Shown here in pieces: positions 28,233 through 36,950 of a DNA stretch of 64,000 bases (its first letter is position 1; every line of letters starts with the position of its first letter). A program made the translations under genes and the position numbers. Origin of the DNA: an uncultured archaeon (GTDB lineage: Archaea > Nanobdellota > Nanobdellia > Pacearchaeales > GW2011-AR1); the NCBI GenBank assembly GCA_902385625.1, contig CABMGE010000007.1, positions 1,565 through 65,564 of the forward strand, given 5' to 3'. The notes beneath the pieces were generated by a model. The model was not told the origin of the DNA. It was given only the letters and a program-made list of their open reading frames with translations, and searched no databases.

Positions 28233-30175
28233 CTTATAACCACCCCTACAATTATGAGTAATGCCAAAATAGTCAAGAAAATATATAAAATAAATGAATC
28301 TAAATCAATTTTATTCTGTATTTTGTATAGTTTTTCTGAAATATAGTGAACCATTTTTAGTGGTGGAAGATATAAGTATTCCTCGAAAAATTTAATTAAA
28401 CTTAAACTTGCTTGACCCTCTTTAAATATAACTCCTTTTGAATCATAAAATGTAGGCTTATTTATTTTTTTTGGTTGATAAATACTTGAAAAAATTGTAA
28501 CAATAGGTTCAGAAAATCCAGATGCAGTATATTCCATTTTGCTATTCTGCGAATTTATACCACAACCCCATGTTTCACTTACACGTGAATGTTTATTCCC
28601 AATGTTTCTTATAATTAGGTAAGCAATAACCCCAATTATAAATGTTCCAATTGAAATCCATAATAAATTAGGCAGATCAAAAGAAACTCCTGCTTTCTCT
28701 CCAATAAAATTTAAGATCTGGAATGAAAATACACCAATAACCATGCAAAGTATTGCAAGTATAGCCGGACCAACTAACATAAATTTGTCTGCTTCTTTTG
28801 CTTCTTTTGCTTCTTTTGAACGTGGAACAGCTAAAAAAACAATTCCAAATGCTTTTACAAAACATGCTGCCGCAAGAGCACTTGTAAGTGCGAATAATGA
28901 CATAGAAATCATTAAAATTAGTTTAATTAATGGCGAAGATATAGAATTTGATTTGAAAAATACCTGGAATATCATTAGTTCACTTACAAATCCATTGAAA
29001 GGTGGAAGTGCGCTAATTGAAATTGCTCCAATTAAAAATAATAAAGAGGTATATTTCATATTTTTTACAAGTCCACCCATTTTTTCTATATTTTTTGTAT
29101 GAGTAGCATTGACAACAGAACCAGCAGTCATGAAAAGCAAGCTTTTGAATAAAGAATGATTAAATGCATGAAAGAGTCCAGCAAAAAGTGCTACCAGGGC
29201 AATAGCTGGAAGAGAATAATAAGTAAATATCATGTACAAACCAATGCTTATTAGAATTATTCCAATATTTTCTATGCTACTATATGCAAGTAATCGTTTA
29301 AGATCTTGTTCTTTTAAAGCATAGATTATTCCAAGTAATGCAGAAATAGTTCCAAAAATTAGAATTGCAATTCCCCACCATAATTGCTGCTGTGAAATAA
29401 TGAAAAGAAATCTTATAAGGCCATAAATTGCGACTTTTATCATGACTCCTGACATTAATGCTGAAATTGAGGAAGGACTTGCAGGATGAGCATATGAAAG
29501 CCATTTATGAAAAGGAACCATTCCAGCTTTAGTTCCAAATCCAATAGCTAGAGTAATAAACAAAATTGAGGAAAGAAAAGGAGAAAGGGAAGTATTTGTA
29601 AAATCAAGAGTGCCTGTGTTGATATAGATTAAAATAAATGAGAAAATAAGGAAAATAGTACCTAATTGAGTCATCACAAAATAAAATATTCCTGCTTTTT
29701 TTGTTTCTTCTTTTTCATAATCAAAAAGCACGAGTAAAAATGAAGAAATAGACATAAGTTCCCAGAAGAATAAAAATCCAAGAAGATTATGTGAAATTAC
29801 AACAAACATCATAGATAATATAAAAAGAGCCATAAGAGAGACTAAAAAATTCCTTTTTTTCACACTTTCAAAATGTTCCGCATATGAAATAGAGTATATA
29901 GAAACGCAAAATCCAACTATGCTTATGATTATTATAAAAAAAGCAGCCAGAGAATCAATAAGCATTGAAAAAGCTGTTCCAGATACAAAAATTTGAAAAC
30001 TAATGTCTTTTCCTAAAAGGACTTGTAAAGAGAGAAATATTGAGATAAGGCAGGCAAGCATGATGAGTATAAGAGAGATCTTTCTCAGAGAAGAATGTTT
30101 CAGTTTGAGTCCAATTAAGGGAATAACAATTGAAAGTAATAATATCAAGAACACAGCTGTAATTAATAATACCAT
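28229..30175 (-). CDS. NuoL/MrpA/HyfB-like antiporter-type membrane subunit
   Basis: 648-aa polytopic protein of the NuoL family. It contains an in-frame KEAKEAKEA 9-bp repeat at 28791-28817. Confidence 0.75.
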   Translation of the reverse strand: MVLLITAVFLILLLSIVIPLIGLKLKHSSLRKISLILIMLACLISIFLSLQVLLGKDISFQIFVSGTAFSMLIDSLAAFFIIIISIVGFCVSIYSISYAEHFESVKKRNFLVSLMALFILSMMFVVISHNLLGFLFFWELMSISSFLLVLFDYEKEETKKAGIFYFVMTQLGTIFLIFSFILIYINTGTLDFTNTSLSPFLSSILFITLAIGFGTKAGMVPFHKWLSYAHPASPSSISALMSGVMIKVAIYGLIRFLFIISQQQLWWGIAILIFGTISALLGIIYALKEQDLKRLLAYSSIENIGIILISIGLYMIFTYYSLPAIALVALFAGLFHAFNHSLFKSLLFMTAGSVVNATHTKNIEKMGGLVKNMKYTSLLFLIGAISISALPPFNGFVSELMIFQVFFKSNSISSPLIKLILMISMSLFALTSALAAACFVKAFGIVFLAVPRSKEAKEAKEADKFMLVGPAILAILCMVIGVFSFQILNFIGEKAGVSFDLPNLLWISIGTFIIGVIAYLIIRNIGNKHSRVSETWGCGINSQNSKMEYTASGFSEPIVTIFSSIYQPKKINKPTFYDSKGVIFKEGQASLSLIKFFEEYLYLPPLKMVHYISEKLYKIQNKIDLDSFILYIFLTILALLIIVGVVIR

Positions 30176-30380
30176 CTTTAATTTACAGAAAAATTAGATT
30201 CTCCGCCTCACATAAATAAAATCATAAAGTTTCATAAGTTGTCAGAATCGATTTTATTTAAAAAGCTTTTGGTAAATTTTTAGAAAACTTTAAAAATAGA
30301 CTTCAAAATTTAGATAAAATTCCATTCTTAGTTTGTAAGAATTGACTTGAAGTTAAAATATCTCTGAAAGTGTGAATTTA

Positions 30381-31346
30381 TTAAAGAATCCAGTTAAAAA
30401 GATATCCTGTAAAAATAATTCCGGCTGTAACAATTGCCACATAAATAATCAAAAGCCTTATTTTCAAAACTTTTCTGAGTATTATTATTTCAGGCAGTGA
30501 TAATGCAACAACCGCCATCATAAATGCAAGCGCAGTACCCAGAGGAAGACCTTTTTCAATTAACGAACTTATAATAGGTATAATTCCCGCAGCATTAGAA
30601 TAAAGAGGCACACCAATTAAAACTGCAATGGGTACGGCAAACCAATTACCTTTTCCGGCTATTTTGGTGAGAAGATTTTCCGGAGCATAGCCATGAATAA
30701 AAGCTCCGATAGCAATACCTATTAAAACATAAGGGAAGACCCTTCTAATTATTGATTTAACTTCTTGATATGCTTCTTTAGCTCTTTCTTTTTGTGTTTT
30801 CTTTTCCAATTTTAAATTTTTTTTGATTTTGATCTTATAAACATAATCTTCAACATACTTTTCTAAATGCATTTTTCCAAGTATAAATCCTGCAAAAACT
30901 GAAATTATCCATCCTGAAGCAATATATAAAAGAGCAACTTTCCAGCCAAATAATCCCCAGAGAAGAGCTGCTGCAACTTCGTTGATTAAGGGAGCAGCGA
31001 TAAGATATGAGAAGGTTACTCCTAATGGAACTCCGGATTCAACAAAGCCAATAAATAAAGGGACTGCTGAACATGAACAAAAGGGGGTAAATATTCCAAT
31101 AGTTGAAGCAGTCATATTTCCGAAAATCTCAAATTTTTTTGAAAGAATCTTTTTAACTTTTTCAGGAGCCAAATATGTTCTGATGTAAGAAACTATAAAA
31201 ATAATAACTGCAAGTAGAATAAATATCTTAATGCTGTCATAAATAAAAAAGTTTATTGCTTCTCCTAATATGCTTACTTGTTTTAAACTAAATATAGAAT
31301 AAACTAACCAATTTACAAATATCTGAACAGGGTAGAATAAATCCAT
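30381..31346 (-). CDS. DUF318/ArsP-like permease
   Basis: Conserved TPFCSCS motif and about 8 TM helices. Confidence 0.6.
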   Translation of the reverse strand: MDLFYPVQIFVNWLVYSIFSLKQVSILGEAINFFIYDSIKIFILLAVIIFIVSYIRTYLAPEKVKKILSKKFEIFGNMTASTIGIFTPFCSCSAVPLFIGFVESGVPLGVTFSYLIAAPLINEVAAALLWGLFGWKVALLYIASGWIISVFAGFILGKMHLEKYVEDYVYKIKIKKNLKLEKKTQKERAKEAYQEVKSIIRRVFPYVLIGIAIGAFIHGYAPENLLTKIAGKGNWFAVPIAVLIGVPLYSNAAGIIPIISSLIEKGLPLGTALAFMMAVVALSLPEIIILRKVLKIRLLIIYVAIVTAGIIFTGYLFNWIL

Positions 31347-31347
31347 T

Positions 31348-31593
31348 TTATGTAAATTTTCTTGGTTTTAATAGCCTCTTTATTTCTTCTGAAGTCAATA
31401 CCTTACCGTACGAAACTACTTTTTCATCGATTACCAACGCAGGTGTAGACATTACACCATATTCCATTATCTTTGCTATGTCTGTAACTTTCTCTATATT
31501 TACTTTTATCTTCTTTTCATTAACTGCTTTTTTTACATTTGCCTCAAGAATTTTGCAGTTTGGGCACCCAGATCCTAAAACTTTAATTCTCAT
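31348..31593 (-). CDS. thioredoxin-fold redox-active disulfide protein 2-like
   Basis: 81 aa with the GCPNC motif; typically a partner of DUF318 permeases. Confidence 0.65.
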   Translation of the reverse strand: MRIKVLGSGCPNCKILEANVKKAVNEKKIKVNIEKVTDIAKIMEYGVMSTPALVIDEKVVSYGKVLTSEEIKRLLKPRKFT

Positions 31594-31868
31594 TTCTTCT
31601 CATCCAATAATTTAATTAGTTTAGATATACGAATATCATTAATTTTATAAAAAATCTTTTTTCCTTCCCTTCTTGACCTAAGAACTCCTGCTTTTTCTAA
31701 ATTTCCCAAATGAATCGAAACAGTTGATTGAGTTCTTTTTACATGAGGGAATATTTCACATACACATTTTTCTCCGTCTACAAGAAATTTAACAATTCTT
31801 AGTCTTGTTTCATCTGCTAATGATTTTAAGATGTCTATTTCTGCCATTAACATATTGATATATATCAA
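31590..31868 (-). CDS. ArsR/SmtB-family HTH transcriptional regulator
   Basis: ArsR-type winged HTH (LADETRLRIVKFL...CVCEI). Confidence 0.7.
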   Translation of the reverse strand: MIYINMLMAEIDILKSLADETRLRIVKFLVDGEKCVCEIFPHVKRTQSTVSIHLGNLEKAGVLRSRREGKKIFYKINDIRISKLIKLLDEKK

Positions 31869-31976
31869 TATATAAATATTTGGGTATATATCTAAAAGCT
31901 GTTCTGTTCAGAGTTTATTCATGGATTAATTTTAAGTTATCAAATAATTTATAAATCTCTTATTTTTCTTGACTTT

Positions 31977-32384
31977 ATGAAAAAGAAAATAATTATTTTA
32001 GGCATATTACTAGTTTTAATATTTTCAGTATTAATAGGCCTTTTTATTACAATTCAAGAAACTAGTAAAAATGAAATTCGTGAAGAAGATAATGAGGACA
32101 TAGAAATTAGTTTTAGGAATTTAGTTGAAACTGCTTATCCTGATTTTAAAGATTTTGAAAACCAAGAAAGTTTTGCAGGAAAAAAAGTTAAATTTGAGAA
32201 CTTAGATGGAGATAGATATTATGTATATATGGTTTTAGGAAGTGGTTTACCAATTGCAGAAGCTACTTGTTTTCGAGTTGATCGCGCTGGCAGAGTATTT
32301 AAAATCGGAGTATTCCCAGATTTTCTTGACTCATATTTAGGCTACCGCGACATTGATCCAAAAAATTGCAAGGGAATAAAATAA
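31977..32384 (+). CDS. membrane-anchored hypothetical protein
   Basis: 135 aa with an N-terminal TM helix. Confidence 0.4.
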   Translation: MKKKIIILGILLVLIFSVLIGLFITIQETSKNEIREEDNEDIEISFRNLVETAYPDFKDFENQESFAGKKVKFENLDGDRYYVYMVLGSGLPIAEATCFRVDRAGRVFKIGVFPDFLDSYLGYRDIDPKNCKGIK

Positions 32385-32392
32385 TAAGACTA

Positions 32393-32803
32393 TTATCTCT
32401 TTTTCCCACAACTATTACAATAACCTTTATGAACACAGATAATGCCTTGGCATTTAGAACAAGTCCATTTTATAGCCTCATTTTTAACAAATTTCCTGAT
32501 TCCTGATGATTTGATATTTTCAAGATTTTCAATCATGCTCATATTATATTTGGTCCTATACCTTTTATCCAAATGTTTTAACTTATCGCAGGGAAAAATT
32601 TTACATTCAAAACAAAACCTTGCCTTTCCTTTTTGAAAAACTTTACAATTTTTAATTTTGCAATTCAAGCAACTTTTAGACTTATTGTTATTTTCTTGCC
32701 TGCAACCAGGACATTTATTTTTCTCTCTTAAATAAGCCATGCAAATGCCACAATCCATTCCACAAGGGGCAATGAGTTTTGAATTAAAATTTGTCTTATT
32801 CAT
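32393..32803 (-). CDS. Cys-rich (about 20 Cys) zinc-finger-like protein
   Basis: Multiple CxxC motifs. Confidence 0.4.
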   Translation of the reverse strand: MNKTNFNSKLIAPCGMDCGICMAYLREKNKCPGCRQENNNKSKSCLNCKIKNCKVFQKGKARFCFECKIFPCDKLKHLDKRYRTKYNMSMIENLENIKSSGIRKFVKNEAIKWTCSKCQGIICVHKGYCNSCGKKR

Positions 32804-32854
32804 TATTTTAGAAGCATATTAAGGTATAAATGTTTTACTTTACAAAATCAAATC

Positions 32855-33796
32855 TTAATTTGCTTTCTTTTCATATGAAGCATCAATATATCCTTCTTTT
32901 TCATAAGAATCCATAAAACCTTGATATAAATTTTCAGTTGTCTCTTCAGGACCAGGGTCTCCTCTGAGTTTTAAGCATGCGAAATGCAATGTTTTAAAGA
33001 GAAGTCCATCAATTTCTGCTTGTCTTTTGAAATATCCTGCAATTTCTGAGGTTTGTTTTTTTGAAAGCTTAGGTTCTTCCCAATTTGCAACAAGCCATGA
33101 CCAGTCACCCTTAAACCCTCTTTTTAATTGATTCCAGGCCTTATCAGTATAATAACTATGGATACTATTTCTTGTATCTGAGAGCTTAAGTAAAGTTCCT
33201 TCTCGATTAAGGTATTTGCAACATTTTTTAAACATTTCATCCAAAGATTTTGCTCGCATATCCATTTGAATCGCAATATTTGCAGCAACTTCAATATGAG
33301 GAATTATATCTTTATCAAAATATTTAAGTTTTAAATCTCCTGTTTGTTTAAAATGTATATAATGATCTTCATGTTCACGAACTACTACATCTAATGGATT
33401 TTCTGTTGTGAATGCTCTTTTGAATAAACTTCTTTTATCTTGATAAGTTCCAACAGCATAAGCAATTGACTCCGCATCATAGAAATCCAAAACCATTGGT
33501 TTTGATTTTTTGTTAAAAATCGCTTCAAAACCCTTGGAAACATTTTCGAGTGTTACTTTAATTTTAGGGTCATCAATTTTTTCTAGAATTCCCTTGATAT
33601 TATTCAGCGGCTCAACAACATTTTTCTTTTTTTGCCTACTGAGTTCATAATTCGCGTGGTTTGCATGATCCACATAATCAATCATGGTTTCAACTAAATT
33701 CCTAACTTCGGTTTCAGTTCCAAGACTTTTAACTAAATCATCTTTTCTTAGTCCTGAATAAAACAAAATTTTTGCATTATCAAATGTTGTTTCCAT
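32855..33796 (-). CDS. hypothetical protein
   Basis: 313-aa ORF. Confidence 0.4.
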   Translation of the reverse strand: METTFDNAKILFYSGLRKDDLVKSLGTETEVRNLVETMIDYVDHANHANYELSRQKKKNVVEPLNNIKGILEKIDDPKIKVTLENVSKGFEAIFNKKSKPMVLDFYDAESIAYAVGTYQDKRSLFKRAFTTENPLDVVVREHEDHYIHFKQTGDLKLKYFDKDIIPHIEVAANIAIQMDMRAKSLDEMFKKCCKYLNREGTLLKLSDTRNSIHSYYTDKAWNQLKRGFKGDWSWLVANWEEPKLSKKQTSEIAGYFKRQAEIDGLLFKTLHFACLKLRGDPGPEETTENLYQGFMDSYEKEGYIDASYEKKAN

Positions 33797-33909
33797 AATA
33801 GATTTAAAATCTTAAAATATAACCCTTTATAATTATTGCCATTCAAAAACAATTTGGTCGCCAAAATAAAACAACATTCTTTTTTATATTTTAGAGACTA
33901 ATTATATAA

Positions 33910-34059
33910 ATGAAAACTAAATTTTCTTGCGATGATGGATTTATGGTTGAAGGAGAAGAGAATGAAGTACGCTTAGCTGCGTATATTCATATGGCAATGA
34001 ATCATCCTGAACTTGGAATAAGTCAGGACGATATGAAACAACATATGCAGAATATGTAA
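33910..34059 (+). CDS. unannotated 49-aa ORF (MKTKFSCDDGFMVEGEENEVRLAAYIHMAMNHPELG...)
   Basis: Hand-translated. It lies immediately upstream of the peptide array. Confidence 0.2.
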   Translation: MKTKFSCDDGFMVEGEENEVRLAAYIHMAMNHPELGISQDDMKQHMQNM

Positions 34060-34247
34060 TTCTCCTAAATTAATAATTAAATCAATATATGGAAAAGCAG
34101 ATATTTGTCCAGATAGTTTATACTTTTTCTGCAAAAACCTGATAGTTGTCAATTAAAAAACTACTAGATTTTATATATTTTATTCTCTATAATATATGCA
34201 TTATTTTTATTTAGATTTTTATTTTCAAGCTTAGAATCGCGGATTAA

Positions 34248-34380
34248 TTGTCTGTTAAAAACTACAATATTTTATATATTTCTTTTACTTAAAAGATATA
34301 TCTTCTTGGTAAGTTTTTTTTGCGTTATAAATTCCAGATGTGACTTCTTAAATGATTACCAAGAAAATTCTAAATAGACA
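34248..34380 (+). promoter_or_regulatory. leader-repeat copy U0 (promoter plus conserved 5' leader, no downstream CDS)
   Basis: Shares the aaaactacaatattttatatatttc TATA region and the cttggtaa...ttaccaagaaaattctaaata leader, then diverges and encodes only a 6-codon ORF. Confidence 0.45.
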
Positions 34381-34481
34381 TATGGGAGTAATTAAGATAT
34401 AAACACTGCCATTTAATCTACTCGCGGCAGTTCGCAATTGATACTCCCTATGCGTCAAAAGCCGAGATAAAAAGTTTTGGA

Positions 34482-34527
34482 TTGGGTTGCTGTAATTTGC
34501 ATTTTAACCTCAAGGGAAGCAACCCAA
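34482..34527 (+). terminator. GGGTTGC hairpin H0
   Basis: ttgggttgct paired with agcaacccaa, a 26-nt loop, followed by a T-rich run. Confidence 0.4.
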
Positions 34528-34576
34528 TTTTAATTTAAAGAATTATATTTCATATAAAGTATAAAAAAAGTTAAAA

Positions 34577-34743
34577 ATTGTCTTCTTAAAAACTACAATA
34601 TTTTATATATTTCATTTCATTATATAATACATCTTCTTGGTACCTTAAGTTATTCTTTTATCAATTTTAGATTTGACTTCTTTTAAGCTGTTACTTCTCT
34701 AGATTACCAAGAAAATTCTAAATAAACACACAGGAGGTAAAAA
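34577..34743 (+). promoter_or_regulatory. leader-repeat U1 (promoter, conserved 5' UTR with inverted repeat, strong SD)
   Basis: Conserved block ending ...aaataaacacacaggaggtaaaaaATG. Confidence 0.5.
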
Positions 34744-35193
34744 ATGAGAACTGAAATTTTATCAATGGTTCTACTTGCAAGTATACTACTTATGAGTGTA
34801 CTTGGCACTAGTATGATATCTGCTCTAGGAACTAGTGACTATAACGTAGGGGTTGGTGGCGCAGGTGCTCCTAGTTATTCTAGCGAGTCTGTGCAAAGTG
34901 CTAGTCAACAAAGTACAAGCATTGCAAGTCAACCAATGCAAAGTCCATATGAGGGCAGTCAACCTATGGAAAATCCATGTGATCAAGGAATGCAGCAAAC
35001 CCCTAATCAAGGAGTTCAACTGAGTCCTAATCAAGGAATTCAAATGAGTCCTAATTTAGGAGTTGGACAGCAAAGTCCTTATGATTCAGGAATGCAACAG
35101 AGTCCTTATGATCAGGGTATGAATGGTGCTTCTAGTCAAACTACCAGCAGCACATACTACTCTTATTCTAGTCAAAGCCAAAGCGCTTATTAG
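34744..35193 (+). CDS. secreted S/Q/P/Y-rich low-complexity protein (array paralog 1)
   Basis: Signal peptide MRTEILSMVLLASILLMSVLG shared with the other paralogs. The mature part carries repeated QSPYD/QGMQ units. Confidence 0.55.
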   Translation: MRTEILSMVLLASILLMSVLGTSMISALGTSDYNVGVGGAGAPSYSSESVQSASQQSTSIASQPMQSPYEGSQPMENPCDQGMQQTPNQGVQLSPNQGIQMSPNLGVGQQSPYDSGMQQSPYDQGMNGASSQTTSSTYYSYSSQSQSAY

Positions 35194-35210
35194 ATAAGTG
35201 GCTGATTTAA

Positions 35211-35263
35211 TGGGTTGCTGTAATTTGCATTTTAACATAAAAAAGCAACCCAATTTTAATTTA
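35211..35263 (+). terminator. GGGTTGC hairpin H1
   Basis: tgggttgct paired with agcaaccca, with a loop nearly identical to H0. Confidence 0.4.
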
Positions 35264-35371
35264 AAAAATATATCTTATAGGAAGTATAAAATAGATAGAA
35301 AGTTATTTTCAAGTGAAGTGAATTCATCAAAAATAATAAGATTTTTATTTAGACAGAATGATTATAATCGA

Positions 35372-35521
35372 ATTGTCTTCTTAAAAACTACTCTATTTTA
35401 TATATTTCATTTCATTATATAATACATCTTCTTGGTAAGTTTTCCGTTATAAAATTTTTAGATTTGACTTCTTTTATGCATTACCAAGAAAATTCTAAAT
35501 AAACACACAGGAGGTAAAAAA
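35372..35521 (+). promoter_or_regulatory. leader-repeat U2
   Basis: Conserved block as in U1. Confidence 0.5.
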
Positions 35522-35734
35522 ATGAGAATTGTAAATTTTTCAATATTATTACTTGCAAGTCTACTTGCGATAGGTTCAATAAACATTGCAAGTGTTTCTG
35601 CAGGATATAATTATGGAAACTATGGACATGGAGGCTATGGAGGACATGGTTATTATCCGGGTCATTATGGAGGATATGGACATGGAGGCTATGGAGGACA
35701 TGGCTATAGTGGTTATGGACACGGTTATAGATAA
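35522..35734 (+). CDS. secreted Gly/Tyr/His-rich peptide (array paralog 2)
   Basis: Shared signal peptide; the mature sequence is GYNYGNYGHGGYGGHGYYPGHYGGYGHGGYGGHGYSGYGHGYR. Confidence 0.55.
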   Translation: MRIVNFSILLLASLLAIGSINIASVSAGYNYGNYGHGGYGGHGYYPGHYGGYGHGGYGGHGYSGYGHGYR

Positions 35735-35763
35735 AAAGAGAATAATAGTTTCCTTAATTCTAA

Positions 35764-35809
35764 AATTAAGCTGTATGAAAAATATTTTTTTATATAATGC
35801 AGCTTAATT
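35764..35809 (+). terminator. alternative hairpin after paralog 2
   Basis: aattaagctgtat paired with atgcagcttaatt (12/13 bp) around an AT-rich loop. Confidence 0.35.
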
Positions 35810-35870
35810 TTTAAAAATCATTATATTCATTGGCTTAAAGATTCTTGGTAAAAGTTTTTTCTTTAGGAGA

Positions 35871-35934
35871 TTAACTTTTTTTAAGCCATTTTTTAGACAT
35901 CAAGAAAAATTAAATAAACACAGGAGGTAAAAAA
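35871..35934 (+). promoter_or_regulatory. leader-repeat U3 (diverged; retains ...caagaaaaattaaataaacacaggaggtaaaaaaATG)
   Basis: Partial similarity to U1, U2 and U4. Confidence 0.4.
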
Positions 35935-36222
35935 ATGAGAACTGCAATTTTTTCACTAGTGTTACTTACAAGCATACTGCTACTAGGTACATTTGGCATT
36001 AGCATAGTTTCTGCATATCCTTATGGAGGAATGCATAGCGGATGGGGAGGAATGCATGGTGGCTGGGGCGGACATGGTTTCGGTGATCGAGATGACTTTA
36101 GATTTAGATCATTTGGATTTAGGCCGTCCTTTGATCGCGACGACTTTAGATTTAGATCATTTGGATTTAACCCATTCTTTGATCGAGATGACTTTGCATA
36201 CAGACCTTATTGGGGTTGGTAA
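35935..36222 (+). CDS. secreted Gly/Trp/His plus DRDDFRFRSFGF-repeat peptide (array paralog 3)
   Basis: Shared signal peptide and a 48-nt internal tandem repeat (about 2.5 copies). Confidence 0.55.
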   Translation: MRTAIFSLVLLTSILLLGTFGISIVSAYPYGGMHSGWGGMHGGWGGHGFGDRDDFRFRSFGFRPSFDRDDFRFRSFGFNPFFDRDDFAYRPYWGW

Positions 36223-36285
36223 TATTAATCCCACAAACCAGGTTAGTATATAATTAACTAGTTGATTAAACCTAATTGGGTTGTT

Positions 36286-36318
36286 ATTTTAATTCATTTA
36301 AGATTTGAGCAACCCAAA
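36286..36318 (+). terminator. GGGTTGC hairpin H3
   Basis: ttgggttg paired with caacccaa around a 26-nt loop. Confidence 0.4.
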
Positions 36319-36380
36319 TTTATATTTTAGAACTCGCAAGTTTTTACAAAAGCATAATACTTTATCAAATAAAGTAATAA

Positions 36381-36529
36381 ATTGTCTTCTTAAAAACTAC
36401 AATATTTTATATATTTCATTTTCTTATATAATACATCTTCTTGGTAAGTTTTCCGTTATAAAATTTTAGATTTGACTTCTTTTAGGTATTACCAAGAAAA
36501 TTCTAAATAAACACACAGGAGGTAAAAAA
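36381..36529 (+). promoter_or_regulatory. leader-repeat U4
   Basis: Conserved block as in U1 and U2. Confidence 0.5.
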
Positions 36530-36769
36530 ATGAGAGCTGCAATTTTTTCAATAGTGCTACTTGCAAGCATATTAATGCTTGGAACATTAAGTGTTGCCAT
36601 GGTTTCTGCTTGGGGAGTATCTTCATATGGAATGTATGGTGGTTATTATCCTTACAGCGGTCTTTATTACAATAATTTCTACAGACCATATGCATGGGGT
36701 AGTTTCTATCGACCATATTATTATAGCAACTTCTATCGCCCATGGGGATGGAATATGTATGGATGGTAG
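36530..36769 (+). CDS. secreted Tyr/Trp/Gly-rich FYRPY-repeat peptide (array paralog 4)
   Basis: Shared signal peptide and three 9-aa FYRPYxxxx repeats. Confidence 0.55.
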   Translation: MRAAIFSIVLLASILMLGTLSVAMVSAWGVSSYGMYGGYYPYSGLYYNNFYRPYAWGSFYRPYYYSNFYRPWGWNMYGW

Positions 36770-36907
36770 TATGCCCAATACAATGATGTAAGAACTTTTC
36801 AAAGATAGTTTTAATCTATCTTGAGGTATATATTTTATACTTTCGTATAAAATAGGTAAAAATTACTATCTAAAATGTCATTTTTTACGAAGTAAAAAAT
36901 TATCTTA

Positions 36908-36950
36908 TTGGGTTGCAAGCCTAGTTTGTTTTAAATTTAAAGCAACCCAA
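36908..36950 (+). terminator. GGGTTGC hairpin H4
   Basis: ttgggttgc paired with gcaacccaa around a 25-nt loop. Confidence 0.4.

Noticed and set aside
30381-31868. ArsR + thioredoxin-like + DUF318 permease as a novel system
   Set aside because: This three-gene arrangement is a widely observed conserved neighbourhood, so it is reported as an ordinary feature.
34825-36791. ORF-track entries 34825-35043(-), 35586-35807(+), 36023-36253(+), 36489-36743(-) and 36591-36791(+) in the peptide array
   Set aside because: These are alternative-frame shadows of the repetitive G/Y/H-rich coding sequence. Only the frames with the shared signal peptide and the GGAGG Shine-Dalgarno sequence are credible.
34482-36950. 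Possible CRISPR array suggested by recurring GGGTTGC...GCAACCC elements
   Set aside because: Copies are 700-1000 bp apart with genes between them. Each is an inverted repeat with a variable loop, not a direct repeat with spacers, and there are no cas genes.
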